Below the pieces are notes generated by a model that was given only the letters and a program-made list of their open reading frames with translations, had not been told where the DNA came from and ran no database searches. From Pseudomonadota bacterium (GTDB lineage: Bacteria > Pseudomonadota > Alphaproteobacteria > Rhodobacterales > Rhodobacteraceae), in the NCBI GenBank assembly GCA_036139795.1, contig JAYZYX010000038.1:23316-87315 (forward strand): a stretch of 64,000 nucleotides of DNA, in the 5' to 3' direction. The translations under genes were made by a program, and so were the position numbers. The stretch's first letter is position 1. The number at the start of each line of letters is the position of its first letter. Shown in pieces: positions 28,119 to 38,255 of this stretch.

Positions 28119-29276
28119 TCAGCCCTTCATGCTGTCCCAGAAGTCTTTTACCGAGCCGAAGAAGCTTTTGCTTTCCGGGTTGTTATCCTCGGACAGCTTT
28201 TCAAACTCTTTCAACAGTTCTTTCTGGCGCGAGGTCAGGTTGACCGGTGTTTCCACCGCCAGTTCGATGAACATGTCGCCGTTGCCAGCGCCGCGCAGGG
28301 GCGGCATGCCCTTGCCGCGTAGGCGCATCTGACGGCCCGATTGGCTGCCGGACGGGATTTTCACCCGGCTGCGACCGCCATCGATGGTCGGGACTTCAAT
28401 ATCACCGCCAAGAGCAGCAGCTGTCATCGAGACAGGCACACGGCAGAACAGGTGGTTGCCTTCGCGCTTGAAGATCGGGTGCTCTTTCACTTCGATGAAG
28501 ATGTAAAGATCGCCGGTCGGCCCGCCGCGCATACCCGCTTCGCCTTCGCCTGCCAGACGGATGCGTGTGCCGGTTTCCACCCCTGCCGGGATGTTGACCG
28601 AGAGCGAACGCTCTTTCTCAACGCGGCCCGCCCCGCTGCATTTCTTGCAGGGGTTCTTGATGATCTGGCCAAGGCCACCACAGGTCGGACAGGTGCGTTC
28701 GACTGTGAAAAAGCCCTGCTGTGCGCGGACTTTACCCATGCCGGAACAGGTCGGGCATGAGGTGGGTTCCGCGCCGCCTTCGGCGCCCGATCCGTCACAG
28801 CCGTCGCAAGCGACAGAGGTGGGCACGCTGATGGTTTTGGCTTGGCCGGTGAAGGCCTCTTCCAGCGAGATGCGCAGGTTGTAACGCAGGTCCGAGCCGC
28901 GCGCCGCGCGACCACGGCCTCCGCCGCCCCCGCGTCCGCCGCCCATGAAATCACCGAACAGGTCGTCGAACACGTCAGAGAAGGCCGACGCAAAGTCGCC
29001 CTGTCCCTGAAAGCCGCCGCCACCGGGACGCGGGCCGCCGCCCATGCCACCGTCAAAAGCGCCGTGACCATAGCGGTCGTAGGCTGCTTTTTTGTTCGCG
29101 TCTTTCAGAACGTCATAGGCCTCGTTCACTTCTTTGAACTGGCTTTCGGCGTCCGGGTTGTCTTTGTTCCGGTCCGGGTGAAGCTCTTTCGCTTTGCTGC
29201 GATAGGCTTTCTTCAGCTCGTCTGCAGAGGCGCCCTTCGAGACGCCAAGCACCTCGTAATAATCACGTTTCGCCAT
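28119..29276 (-). CDS. dnaJ: Chaperone DnaJ
   Basis: J-domain ([11 protein letters not shown]), a G/F-rich region and four CxxCxGxG zinc-finger repeats. The start was set at MAKRDYY. Confidence 0.95.
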   Translation of the reverse strand: MAKRDYYEVLGVSKGASADELKKAYRSKAKELHPDRNKDNPDAESQFKEVNEAYDVLKDANKKAAYDRYGHGAFDGGMGGGPRPGGGGFQGQGDFASAFSDVFDDLFGDFMGGGRGGGGGRGRAARGSDLRYNLRISLEEAFTGQAKTISVPTSVACDGCDGSGAEGGAEPTSCPTCSGMGKVRAQQGFFTVERTCPTCGGLGQIIKNPCKKCSGAGRVEKERSLSVNIPAGVETGTRIRLAGEGEAGMRGGPTGDLYIFIEVKEHPIFKREGNHLFCRVPVSMTAAALGGDIEVPTIDGGRSRVKIPSGSQSGRQMRLRGKGMPPLRGAGNGDMFIELAVETPVNLTSRQKELLKEFEKLSEDNNPESKSFFGSVKDFWDSMKG

Positions 29277-29300
29277 GGGTTCCCCCTTGTTTCGGGAACG

Positions 29301-29336
29301 CAAAGGGCCGGCCCGTCACCCGGACCGGCCCTTTGT
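29301..29336 (-). terminator. Intercistronic hairpin between dnaK and dnaJ (possible attenuator or stabiliser)
   Basis: CAAAGGGCCGG...CCGGCCCTTTG forms an 11-bp stem in the 80-nt dnaK-dnaJ spacer. Confidence 0.4.
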
Positions 29337-29356
29337 TGGTTCCGTATCTGCAGATC

Positions 29357-31279
29357 TTACGAGCGCTTGTTGTCGCCCAGATCTTCGAAGTCGGCGTCTA
29401 CGATGCCGTCGTCATCGTCGTTACGGCGGCCGTTGTCGGCATCGTAATCAACGTTGTCATCATCGCCGCCTTCCTGGCTGGCTTTGTAGATCGCCTCACC
29501 CAGACGCATGGACGCTTCGGTCACGTTCTGGATGCCCGACTTGATCTTGGCGGCATCGCCTTTTTCCAGCTCGTCCTTCAGAGCGGCAACGGCCAGTTCG
29601 ATGGCTTCGACGGTCGAGGGGTCAACCTTGTCGCCATGCTCTTCGATTGCTTTCTCAGTCGAGTGGATCAGGCTTTCCGCCTGGTTCTTCGCGTCAACCA
29701 GACCACGGCGCTCTTTGTCAGCCTCGGCGTTCTCTTCGGCTTCCTTGACCATGCGTTCGATCTCGGCGTCGTCCAGACCACCCGATGCTTGGATGGTGAT
29801 CTTCTGCTCTTTGCCGGTGCCTTTGTCCGATGCGCCCACTGACACGATGCCGTTGGCGTCGATGTCGAAGGTCACTTCGATCTGGGGCATGCCGCGCGGT
29901 GCGGGCGGGATGTCCTCAAGGTTGAACTGACCGAGCAGCTTGTTGTCTGCCGCCATTTCACGCTCGCCCTGGAAGACGCGGATGGTCACGGCCGACTGGT
30001 TGTCTTCAGCGGTCGAGAAGATCTGCGACTTCTTGGTCGGGATCGTGGTGTTGCGGTCGATCAGACGGGTGAAGACACCGCCCAGAGTTTCGATACCCAG
30101 CGACAGGGGGGTCACGTCCAGCAGAACAACGTCTTTCACGTCACCCTGCAGAACGCCGGCCTGAATGGCAGCACCCATGGCAACCACTTCGTCCGGGTTC
30201 ACACCCTTGTGGGGCTCTTTGCCGAAGAACTTGGTCACTTCTTCAAAGACTTTGGGCATACGGGTCTGACCACCGACAAGAACAACCTCGTCAATGTCAG
30301 CCACGGTCAGGCCAGCGTCTTTCAGAGCAGCGGCACAGGGCTTCAGCGAGCCTTTGACCAGATCGCCAACCAGCGATTCCAGCTTGGCACGGGTCAGTTT
30401 CATGACCATGTGCAGCGGCGCGCCGTTTGCACCCATCGAGATGAAGGGCTGGTTGATTTCGGTCTGGGTCGAGCTGGACAGCTCGATCTTCGCCTTTTCA
30501 GCCGCTTCTTTCAGACGCTGCAGCGCCATTTTGTCTTTGGTCAGATCAACGCCGTGTTCTTTTTTGAACTCGTCCGCCAGATAGGTGACGATGCGCATGT
30601 CAAAGTCTTCACCACCCAGGAAGGTGTCGCCGTTGGTCGATTTCACTTCGAACAGACCGTCGTCGATTTCCAGAATGGTCACGTCGAAGGTACCACCACC
30701 AAGGTCATAAACCGCGATGGTACGGCTTTCTTTCTTGTCCAGACCATAGGCCAGCGCAGCTGCGGTCGGCTCGTTGATGATGCGCAGCACTTCAAGGCCA
30801 GCGATCTTGCCGGCGTCTTTGGTGGCCTGACGCTGAGCGTCGTTGAAGTAAGCAGGAACGGTGATAACCGCCTGTTTCACTTCTTCACCCAGATAGGACT
30901 CGGCGGTTTCCTTCATCTTCTGCAGGATCAGAGCCGAGATCTGTGCGGGGCTGTATTTCTCGCCACGGGCTTCGACCCATGCGTCGCCCTGACCGCCGTT
31001 TACAACGTTGTAGGGCAGGTTTTTCTTGTCTTTCGCGATGTCCGCGTCGTCAAACCGGCGACCGATCAGACGCTTGACTGCGAAAATGGTGTTGTCGGGG
31101 TTGGTGACAGCCTGACGCTTTGCGGGCTGGCCGACCAGACGCTCGTCTTCTGCAAATGCAACGATCGACGGTGTGGTACGCGCACCTTCAGCGTTTTCGA
31201 TAACGCGGGGCTGGCTGCCGTCCATGATGGCAATACAGCTGTTGGTGGTACCAAGGTCGATCCCGATGACTTTCGACAT
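29357..31279 (-). CDS. dnaK: Chaperone DnaK (Hsp70)
   Basis: 640 aa with canonical Hsp70 signatures ([18 protein letters not shown]) and an acidic C-terminal tail. Confidence 0.97.
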   Translation of the reverse strand: MSKVIGIDLGTTNSCIAIMDGSQPRVIENAEGARTTPSIVAFAEDERLVGQPAKRQAVTNPDNTIFAVKRLIGRRFDDADIAKDKKNLPYNVVNGGQGDAWVEARGEKYSPAQISALILQKMKETAESYLGEEVKQAVITVPAYFNDAQRQATKDAGKIAGLEVLRIINEPTAAALAYGLDKKESRTIAVYDLGGGTFDVTILEIDDGLFEVKSTNGDTFLGGEDFDMRIVTYLADEFKKEHGVDLTKDKMALQRLKEAAEKAKIELSSSTQTEINQPFISMGANGAPLHMVMKLTRAKLESLVGDLVKGSLKPCAAALKDAGLTVADIDEVVLVGGQTRMPKVFEEVTKFFGKEPHKGVNPDEVVAMGAAIQAGVLQGDVKDVVLLDVTPLSLGIETLGGVFTRLIDRNTTIPTKKSQIFSTAEDNQSAVTIRVFQGEREMAADNKLLGQFNLEDIPPAPRGMPQIEVTFDIDANGIVSVGASDKGTGKEQKITIQASGGLDDAEIERMVKEAEENAEADKERRGLVDAKNQAESLIHSTEKAIEEHGDKVDPSTVEAIELAVAALKDELEKGDAAKIKSGIQNVTEASMRLGEAIYKASQEGGDDDNVDYDADNGRRNDDDDGIVDADFEDLGDNKRS

Positions 31280-31382
31280 GTTTGTATCCCTCTTGATCTT
31301 AGGCGATGTGTCAGGTGCGGGCCCGTTCCGGCACCCGAACCCGATGTCTTGAAGCAGGCTCGCCTGCTCCGGTTCTCGGCGT

Positions 31383-31411
31383 ATATAAGTAGCGGGAATT
31401 GACGCTGCAAG
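31383..31411 (-). promoter_or_regulatory. Sigma-32 (RpoH)-type heat-shock promoter candidate for dnaK
   Basis: The minus strand reads CTTGCA-N16-CTTATAT, close to the alphaproteobacterial CTTG-N17/18-CYTATNT pattern. It lies about 100 nt upstream of the dnaK ATG. Confidence 0.55.
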
Positions 31412-31468
31412 CGTTGCGCAACCCCCTTCTGTGACAAATTTGTCTCAACGCCCGAAAGCTGCCCGTTT

Positions 31469-32080
31469 ATGAGCCACCAAAACCCCGTTGATCTGTCCGG
31501 TGCGGCCTACTTTCCAGCCGCTCTGGATCAAGCCGCCCAATCGGCCTTGGTCGAGGATATCCGCGCCATATTGCGCGTCGCGCCGCTGGTCCAGCCGATG
31601 ACGCCTTCGGGCAAGCCCATGTCTGTGCGCATGTCTGCTGCTGGCGATTATGGTTGGGTCACGGACCGCAAAGGCTACCGGTATCAGCGCCGTCATCCCG
31701 ATGGTCAAAGCTGGCCCGCGATCCCGCTAAGTCTGTCTTCTCTTTGGCAAAAATACTCAAACTCCGACCGCGCCCCCCAGTGCTGCCTTGTGAATTGGTA
31801 CGGGCCCGAGGCCAAAATGGGCTTGCATCAGGACAAGGATGAAGCGGACCTGACCCAGCCGGTTCTTTCCATCTCTCTAGGGGATGAGGCGCGGTTCCGG
31901 ATCGGCGGGGTGAACCGCAGCGATCCGACCCGCTCGGTCTGGCTCAAGTCGGGGGATATCGTGGTGCTGCAAGGCCCGTCACGCCTTGCCTACCACGGGA
32001 TCGATAAAATTCGTGCAGGCAGCAGTTCTTTGCTGCAAAGTCCGGGCCGCATCAATCTGACGCTGCGTGTGGTGGACTAG
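31469..32080 (+). CDS. alkB: Fe(II)/2-oxoglutarate-dependent DNA/RNA demethylase AlkB
   Basis: The HQDKDE iron-binding motif and the YHGI and RINLTLR motifs align with AlkB. Confidence 0.85.
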   Translation: MSHQNPVDLSGAAYFPAALDQAAQSALVEDIRAILRVAPLVQPMTPSGKPMSVRMSAAGDYGWVTDRKGYRYQRRHPDGQSWPAIPLSLSSLWQKYSNSDRAPQCCLVNWYGPEAKMGLHQDKDEADLTQPVLSISLGDEARFRIGGVNRSDPTRSVWLKSGDIVVLQGPSRLAYHGIDKIRAGSSSLLQSPGRINLTLRVVD

Positions 32081-32898
32081 CGGCGGGCGCTCCAGCTGGC
32101 CGAGGCGTGCTTACGCGTTACAAATTCGCCCATCATGCCGATCACAAGCAGCACGAAGCCCACAACAATAGGATAGGTCAGCGAACTGTTGTGGGGATTG
32201 TAGTTGATGAAAATGAACCCACGTGCCTGATCAATGGCGTGGAACAGGGGGTTCCAGTCGAACATGGCCAACATAAAGCTGGGTAGCGTATTGGCGACGA
32301 ACATCTTGCCTGACGCGATCATATTGGCCCGCTGATAGATCTGCGACAAAATCTGGCACATGCGCGGCGACCACGGTTTGATCGCCAGAAACAGGATACC
32401 CACCGCTGCGCCGGTAAAGAACGCCAGAAGATACATGGCAAAGGCCCCGATAGGATCAATGATCACGATGGGCGTCACGATGACATGATACAGCAGCAAT
32501 ATCGTGAACATCGAAATGGTCTGCACATAGAGAGTCGAGATCATGGCCGCGATGATCGCAATCGTCGTGGTCATCGGCGCGTGTTTCATCATCGGCGACG
32601 CAGGGCCGTCCGTGGCCGAAATCGCTGCAACTGCCTTAATATGTGTCATGAACAGGAAGATGCCTGACATGATATACAGCAGGAAATCCCCGCGGATCGC
32701 GGCACGGCGCACACCCAGAACGGCGAAGAACAGATAGAACCCCGCCAGCATGATGACGGCCTGCAGCATGTTGAACAGGATCGCCAGCACCGCGTTGTTG
32801 TGGGTCTTGCGCACATCACGCACGGCATTGTGGTAGATGACCTCGGCCATCGCGATGGCCTTGCTCCACCCCGATCTGCTTTGCGTGTGCCCGAACAT
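32077..32898 (-). CDS. ABC-2 type (KpsM/Wzm-like) polysaccharide-export permease
   Basis: 273 aa with about 6 TM helices and a cytoplasmic N-terminal amphipathic segment, as in ABC-2 permeases. No ATPase partner is adjacent. Confidence 0.6.
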   Translation of the reverse strand: MFGHTQSRSGWSKAIAMAEVIYHNAVRDVRKTHNNAVLAILFNMLQAVIMLAGFYLFFAVLGVRRAAIRGDFLLYIMSGIFLFMTHIKAVAAISATDGPASPMMKHAPMTTTIAIIAAMISTLYVQTISMFTILLLYHVIVTPIVIIDPIGAFAMYLLAFFTGAAVGILFLAIKPWSPRMCQILSQIYQRANMIASGKMFVANTLPSFMLAMFDWNPLFHAIDQARGFIFINYNPHNSSLTYPIVVGFVLLVIGMMGEFVTRKHASASWSARR

Positions 32899-33022
32899 TC
32901 AGCGCTCCAATGCCTCGGTTTTTGCTTCAACGAACATCGACTTCTTGAAGCATCGTTTCCAGACAGGATAAGAGTTCCCTCGGTTCACTACAATAACATC
33001 GTAAGATTAAGGATTTCCCTCT

Positions 33023-33817
33023 ATGGATTATGAAAAGCTCACATCGGTTATGCGCCGTCTGGCCCTGGACGCGGGTGACAAGATTATGGAGATCTACAAC
33101 TCGGACGATTTCGAGGTGAAATCCAAAAGCGATGAAAGCCCCGTCACGGCTGCGGATGAGGCGGCGGATGCGATCATCACGACCGGTCTGCGTGCGGAAT
33201 TTCCCGATGTGGCGCTGGTCACCGAAGAGCAGTCCGACAGCCACAACCAGTCCGTGGACACCTTCCTGATCGTTGACCCGCTGGATGGCACCAAGGAATT
33301 TATCAACCGTCGCGGCGATTTCACCGTAAACATCGCGCTGGTCGAAGCGGGCGTTCCGACCCGCGGCGTGGTCTATGCCCCCGCGAAGGACCGCATGTTC
33401 TACACCCTTGCCGACGGCACTACCGTCGAGGAAATGGGCCCCTTCGCGAAAGAGGCCGCGGGCGAGACCAAAGCGATCAAGGTTGCGGACTCGGACAACA
33501 GCGCGCTGATGGTTGTGGCGTCGAAATCGCACCGCGATCAGGCGACCGATGACTACATCAACAAATACGCGGTGAAGGATTCCAAAAGCGCGGGCAGCTC
33601 GCTCAAGTTCTGTCTGGTAGCCACAGGCGAGGCGGATCTGTACCCCCGTCTGGGCCGCACGATGGAATGGGACACCGCAGCTGGTCAGGCGGTTCTGCAT
33701 GGTGCGGGCGGCAAGGTCGTTGTCTTCGACGGCCACGCGCCGCTGCAGTACGGCAAGGAAGGGTTCGCAAACCCCTTCTTCATCGCCTTCGCGCCTGCGG
33801 TTGATCTGAAGGCCTAA
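33023..33817 (+). CDS. cysQ: 3'(2'),5'-bisphosphate nucleotidase (PAP phosphatase) CysQ
   Basis: Inositol-monophosphatase-fold motifs VDPLDGTKEF and EWDTAAG. The KFCLVATGEADLYPR segment is typical of CysQ. Confidence 0.85.
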   Translation: MDYEKLTSVMRRLALDAGDKIMEIYNSDDFEVKSKSDESPVTAADEAADAIITTGLRAEFPDVALVTEEQSDSHNQSVDTFLIVDPLDGTKEFINRRGDFTVNIALVEAGVPTRGVVYAPAKDRMFYTLADGTTVEEMGPFAKEAAGETKAIKVADSDNSALMVVASKSHRDQATDDYINKYAVKDSKSAGSSLKFCLVATGEADLYPRLGRTMEWDTAAGQAVLHGAGGKVVVFDGHAPLQYGKEGFANPFFIAFAPAVDLKA

Positions 33818-33821
33818 GACA

Positions 33822-35081
33822 GTGGGACAGACCATCAGCGCGGTCGTTGTCAGTCAGGGTCGCCCTGAGCTGCTTGCGCGCTGTCTGATGTCTCTGTCCC
33901 AACAGCAGCGGGTCGATCTAGAGGTGGTGGTTGTCGCTGACGCTGCCTCTCTGGATCATCTGGCCGCTGGCCCTTTTGTGGGGCGCTTCAAGCCGGTGCT
34001 GCTTGAGCAGGCAAATATCTCGCTTGCCCGAAACATGGGGATTCAGGCCGCCGCAGGGGATGTGGTGGCCTTTATTGATGACGATTCGGCGGCGGAGCCT
34101 ACTTGGGCCGCTTTTTTAACCGCACCTTTAGCTGACCCGAGTGTGATTGCTGCCACAGGTTTTGTACGCGGGCGGAATGGAATCACCTTCCAATGGAAGG
34201 CCGAGATAATTGATGTCTTCGGCAATAGTCACCCTATGAGTGTGCCGGAGGATGAGGTGAGTTTTCACCTTCCTCCGAAAAACGGAGCTATCAAAACGCC
34301 CGGGACCAATATGGCCTTCCGGCGTGCGGACCTGATCGCGGCGGGCGGTTTTGATGAACGCCTACACTTTTATTTGGATGAAAGTGATCTGAATATCAGG
34401 CTTTCAAGCCGAGGGCTTAAAACGGCCGTTGTCCCCTTTGCTCAGGTACATCACGCTTACGCGGCCAGTGCCCGTCGGGCGGCGGACCGTACCCCGACAT
34501 CCCTGTTCGAGATCGGCGCGAGTCAGTCGGTATTTCTTTCAAATCACTGCCCGCCGGATGAGGTGAACTCAACCTTAAGGCGATTCGCCTCGCATCAGAA
34601 TTCACGGCTCTTACGTTCTTTACAGCGTGGTCCGATGGGTCCTGAGACAGTCTTTCGCCTTAGGCGGGAATTGGCTCATGGGGTTGAGGCCGGAAAAAAA
34701 CGCGGAAAATGGGTCCCTCATATTTTTGCAGAGGGGCGTTCAGCATTTATTTCGCTCTGTTCCCAACGCCAAGATGATATTTGCTTAAAATTTATGCGCC
34801 CGTGGAATAGTGCCAAAATGATAGGCAAAATCGCTGATCTTGTGGTAGAGGGACAGATTATTACTGTTCTCGAAATGGCCCCAACTTCTGTGTATCATCA
34901 TGTTTTGTACACGAATGCAGGATATTGGCTGCAAAAAGGAGGTACTTTCGGCCGTTCGGATCGGTCAGACCCAATCTTTAGATTCACCACTTTTCAACGC
35001 CGGTGCCGTAAGGAAATTCTAAGAGTGAGTAAAGTCAGGGGAATTGCCCCCTGTACTCTGGGAACCAAGCGGATACGCTAA
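33822..35081 (+). CDS. Family 2 glycosyltransferase with a roughly 190-aa uncharacterised, AT-rich C-terminal extension
   Basis: The N-terminal GT-A region contains VVVSQGRPELLARCL, AFIDDDS and NMAFRR. A GTG start lies 4 nt after the cysQ stop. Confidence 0.75.
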   Translation: MGQTISAVVVSQGRPELLARCLMSLSQQQRVDLEVVVVADAASLDHLAAGPFVGRFKPVLLEQANISLARNMGIQAAAGDVVAFIDDDSAAEPTWAAFLTAPLADPSVIAATGFVRGRNGITFQWKAEIIDVFGNSHPMSVPEDEVSFHLPPKNGAIKTPGTNMAFRRADLIAAGGFDERLHFYLDESDLNIRLSSRGLKTAVVPFAQVHHAYAASARRAADRTPTSLFEIGASQSVFLSNHCPPDEVNSTLRRFASHQNSRLLRSLQRGPMGPETVFRLRRELAHGVEAGKKRGKWVPHIFAEGRSAFISLCSQRQDDICLKFMRPWNSAKMIGKIADLVVEGQIITVLEMAPTSVYHHVLYTNAGYWLQKGGTFGRSDRSDPIFRFTTFQRRCRKEILRVSKVRGIAPCTLGTKRIR

Positions 35082-35165
35082 CGTTATTGTTTTTGCGCTG
35101 CTCCGCAGCAATGTGATAAAACCGGCTTAACATGATCAAACGATCAAGAAAGAAGGCACTTATTT

Positions 35166-36059
35166 ATGCGTCATAAAGTTACAAAAGCGGTTTTCCCGGT
35201 GGCTGGCCTCGGCACTCGCTTTCTTCCGGCAACGAAGTCGATCCCCAAGGAAATCATGACGCTGGTCGATCGCCCGTTGATCCAATACGCGATCGACGAA
35301 GCGCGGGCTGCTGGTATTGAAGAGTTTATCTGTGTGACGTCGCGCGGGACAAGCGCGCTGGAAGATTACTTCGACGACGCACCCGAGCTTGAACCCACCC
35401 TGCGACCCAAAAACAAGAACGACCTGCTAGATGTTCTGAACAAGACCAACATGGAAAGCGGCCAGATCGCCTACGTGCGCCAGAACAAGGCGCTGGGTCT
35501 GGGTCACGCGGTCTGGTGTGCCCGCCGGATGATCGGGAACGAGCCCTTCGCCGTGCTGCTGCCCGATGACGTTATTCAGGCGGAAAAGCCCTGCTTGAAG
35601 CAGATGGTCGAAGCCTACGCGGAAACCGGTGGCAACATGGTTGCCGCGATGGAAGTTCCGATGGAACGCGCCTCGGCCTACGGTGTTCTGGACATCAAAG
35701 AAGACATGGGCAGCATGGTTTCCGTGAAGGGCATGGTTGAAAAGCCCAAGCGTGAAGAGGCGCCTTCGAACCTGGCGGTAATCGGCCGTTACATCCTGTC
35801 GCCCAAAGTGCTTGAGAATATCTCGACCATGGAAGCAGGCCACGGTGGCGAACTGCAGCTGACCGACGCGATCGCTCAGGAAATCCGCGAAAGCGACAAC
35901 GTCTACGGCTACCGCTTCAAGGGCGAGCGTTATGACTGCGGCTCTAAGTCGGGCTTCTTGCAGGCAACCGTTGCCTTCGGTCTGGCGCGTGACGATCTGC
36001 GCGACGATCTGGAGCATTATCTGCAGGACGTTATGGCTGCACGCAAAGCGGCGCAGTAA
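35166..36059 (+). CDS. galU: UTP--glucose-1-phosphate uridylyltransferase
   Basis: Contains the AVFPVAGLGTRFLPATK, LPDD and VEKP motifs. Confidence 0.92.
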   Translation: MRHKVTKAVFPVAGLGTRFLPATKSIPKEIMTLVDRPLIQYAIDEARAAGIEEFICVTSRGTSALEDYFDDAPELEPTLRPKNKNDLLDVLNKTNMESGQIAYVRQNKALGLGHAVWCARRMIGNEPFAVLLPDDVIQAEKPCLKQMVEAYAETGGNMVAAMEVPMERASAYGVLDIKEDMGSMVSVKGMVEKPKREEAPSNLAVIGRYILSPKVLENISTMEAGHGGELQLTDAIAQEIRESDNVYGYRFKGERYDCGSKSGFLQATVAFGLARDDLRDDLEHYLQDVMAARKAAQ

Positions 36060-36073
36060 GCGGGACCGGAATA

Positions 36074-37057
36074 GTGACGAACGTTCTCGTGACAGGTGGT
36101 GCGGGCTATATCGGCTCGCACGCTTGTAAAGTTCTCAAGGCCGCCGGCTTTACGCCGGTGACCTTCGACAACATCTCAACCGGTTGGGAAGAGGCGGTCA
36201 AATTCGGACCGCTGGAAAAAGGCGATCTTCTGGATCGTGCCCGCGTGGATGAGGTCTTCGCCAAATACCAGCCAGTGGCCGTCATGCATTTCGCGGCCTT
36301 CAGTCAGGTTGGCGAATCCATGAAGGATCCGGGCCTGTATTGGCGCAACAACGTCATCGGCTCTCTGACCTTGATTGAGGCCGCCGTTGCTGCGGGCTGT
36401 AAGAATTTCGTTTTCAGCTCGACCTGCGCGACCTATGGCGAACAGGACGGCGTAACGCTGGACGAAAACTGCCCTCAGGCCCCGATCAACGCCTATGGCG
36501 CCTCAAAGCGGGCGATCGAAGATATCCTTGAGAACTTCGAAGCCGCGTATGGCCTGAACAGCGTGATCTTCCGCTACTTTAACGTGGCGGGTGCAGACCC
36601 TGAGGCTGAGGTCGGTGAATTCCACCAGCCCGAGACGCACCTGATCCCCGTCATGCTGGATGCCATCGCGGGCAAACGCCCTGCGTTGACCATTCACGGC
36701 ACCGATTATGACACACCCGATGGCACCTGTGTCCGCGACTATGTCCACGTAATGGATCTGGTGCAGGCCCATGTGCTGGGTGTGAAATGGTTGCTGGATG
36801 GCAAGGGAAGCCGCGTGTTCAATCTGGGCACGGGGGATGGCTTCTCGGTCCGTGAGGTGATCGACCATTCGCGTACGGTAACCAACCGTGAAGTGCCCTT
36901 TGATGAGGGTCCGCGTCGCCCCGGTGACTGCGTAAAGCTTGTTTCCGGTTCCAAACGCGCGTTGGATGAGCTTGGGTGGACACCCGAACATTCGACGCTG
37001 GAGCAGATGATTGGCGATGCTTGGCGCTGGCACCAGACCGGCCACTACGACAAATAA
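36074..37057 (+). CDS. galE: UDP-glucose 4-epimerase
   Basis: TGGAGYIGSH Rossmann motif, YGASK catalytic motif and a full-length GalE body. Confidence 0.92.
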   Translation: MTNVLVTGGAGYIGSHACKVLKAAGFTPVTFDNISTGWEEAVKFGPLEKGDLLDRARVDEVFAKYQPVAVMHFAAFSQVGESMKDPGLYWRNNVIGSLTLIEAAVAAGCKNFVFSSTCATYGEQDGVTLDENCPQAPINAYGASKRAIEDILENFEAAYGLNSVIFRYFNVAGADPEAEVGEFHQPETHLIPVMLDAIAGKRPALTIHGTDYDTPDGTCVRDYVHVMDLVQAHVLGVKWLLDGKGSRVFNLGTGDGFSVREVIDHSRTVTNREVPFDEGPRRPGDCVKLVSGSKRALDELGWTPEHSTLEQMIGDAWRWHQTGHYDK

Positions 37058-38222
37058 GGCGCCTCGCCTTCTTGACCTGACGCGGCTGGTTAGCCGCGCA
37101 GGTCGCGTTCTAACCGGTGTGGATCGGGTTGAACGCGCGTATCTGGCAGCTTTCCTTGATGATGATGTTCCGGCCTTTGCCCTGATCCGCACGCGGTGGG
37201 GGTATATTCTGCTGGATCGTGCAGGTATGGACGTGTTGTTGCGGTCTTGTGCGGATGGCACGGTGCCTGCCGATGTGCTGCCGCGTCTGCGTCGTCACGC
37301 TATTGCCCGCGTGCCGAAGGTGCTGCTTGGGCGGATGCTGCGTCGCCAGTTCAAGGCGGGGCTGGTCTACGTGAACACCGGCCATAGCAATTTCACCCAG
37401 CGGGTGGTCACCAACCTGCGCTGGGTGCCAGACGCGCGGATCGTTGTTCTGATCCATGACACCATTCCACTGGACTACCCCGAATATCAGGCCGCCGGTG
37501 CTACCGCCCGCTTTGAGGCCTTCCTGAACCGTGCCTGCCTGAATGCCGATCTGCTGATTTATAACTCTGAGCAGACCCGTCAGGACGTGGCGCGTCATGC
37601 GCCCGCGGGCTTGCCTGAGGGGATTGTTGCCCATTTGGGGATAGATTCGACCACGGCAGCACCCGAGGACATCCCCCCATCGCTGCAATTAAATGCACCG
37701 TATTTTATCACAATTGGCACGATTGAGCCGCGCAAAGCCCATGATATTCTGCTGGATGTCTGGGACCGTCTTTACGCAGAGATGGGCGCGGATGCGCCCC
37801 ACTTGTTACTTTGCGGTACACGCGGATGGAACAATGAAGACGTCTTTAAGCGCTTGGATTCATTACCATCTGATATGCCGGTCCATGAAATCGCGGGCCT
37901 GTCCGACGGGGCGCTAAAGGCCTTGATTGAAGGGGCGACAGCACTACTTTTTCCCAGTCACGCTGAGGGATTTGGCTTGCCTCCGGCAGAGGCGGCAGTA
38001 TGCAATACAACTATAGTTTGTAACGACCTGCCTATTTATCGAGAATTTCTAGGAAATATACCCGTTTACGCACCTTCGAGTGATGGTAATCTCTGGTATC
38101 AGATTGTTATGAGGGCTTACACAGAGTCCCTGACGTCTGGGTGTTCCGGTCAGCAGACGCGCCAAGCCTGGCAAGCGCCGACTTGGGAACAGCATTTTAG
38201 CCTCGTGATGCCGCAACTCTAG
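37017..38222 (+). CDS. GT-B fold glycosyltransferase (family 1/4-like)
   Basis: The C-terminal EGFGLPPAEA motif is typical of GT4 enzymes. The 5' end overlaps galE by about 41-47 nt (ATG at 37017 or TTG at 37011). Confidence 0.8.
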   Translation: MLGAGTRPATTTNKAPRLLDLTRLVSRAGRVLTGVDRVERAYLAAFLDDDVPAFALIRTRWGYILLDRAGMDVLLRSCADGTVPADVLPRLRRHAIARVPKVLLGRMLRRQFKAGLVYVNTGHSNFTQRVVTNLRWVPDARIVVLIHDTIPLDYPEYQAAGATARFEAFLNRACLNADLLIYNSEQTRQDVARHAPAGLPEGIVAHLGIDSTTAAPEDIPPSLQLNAPYFITIGTIEPRKAHDILLDVWDRLYAEMGADAPHLLLCGTRGWNNEDVFKRLDSLPSDMPVHEIAGLSDGALKALIEGATALLFPSHAEGFGLPPAEAAVCNTTIVCNDLPIYREFLGNIPVYAPSSDGNLWYQIVMRAYTESLTSGCSGQQTRQAWQAPTWEQHFSLVMPQL

Positions 38223-38255
38223 CGGTGCCGCGATGGCATCGGAGAGAGGATCGCC

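Noticed and set aside
31744-31755. Reverse-complement copy of the repeat 12-mer TATTTTTGCCAA inside alkB
   Set aside because: It lies within a coding segment (LWQKYS) of a stretch that aligns colinearly with AlkB. It has no adjacent hairpin and no ATG extension. It is probably coincidental, although it could be revisited if the motif proves to be a protein-binding site.
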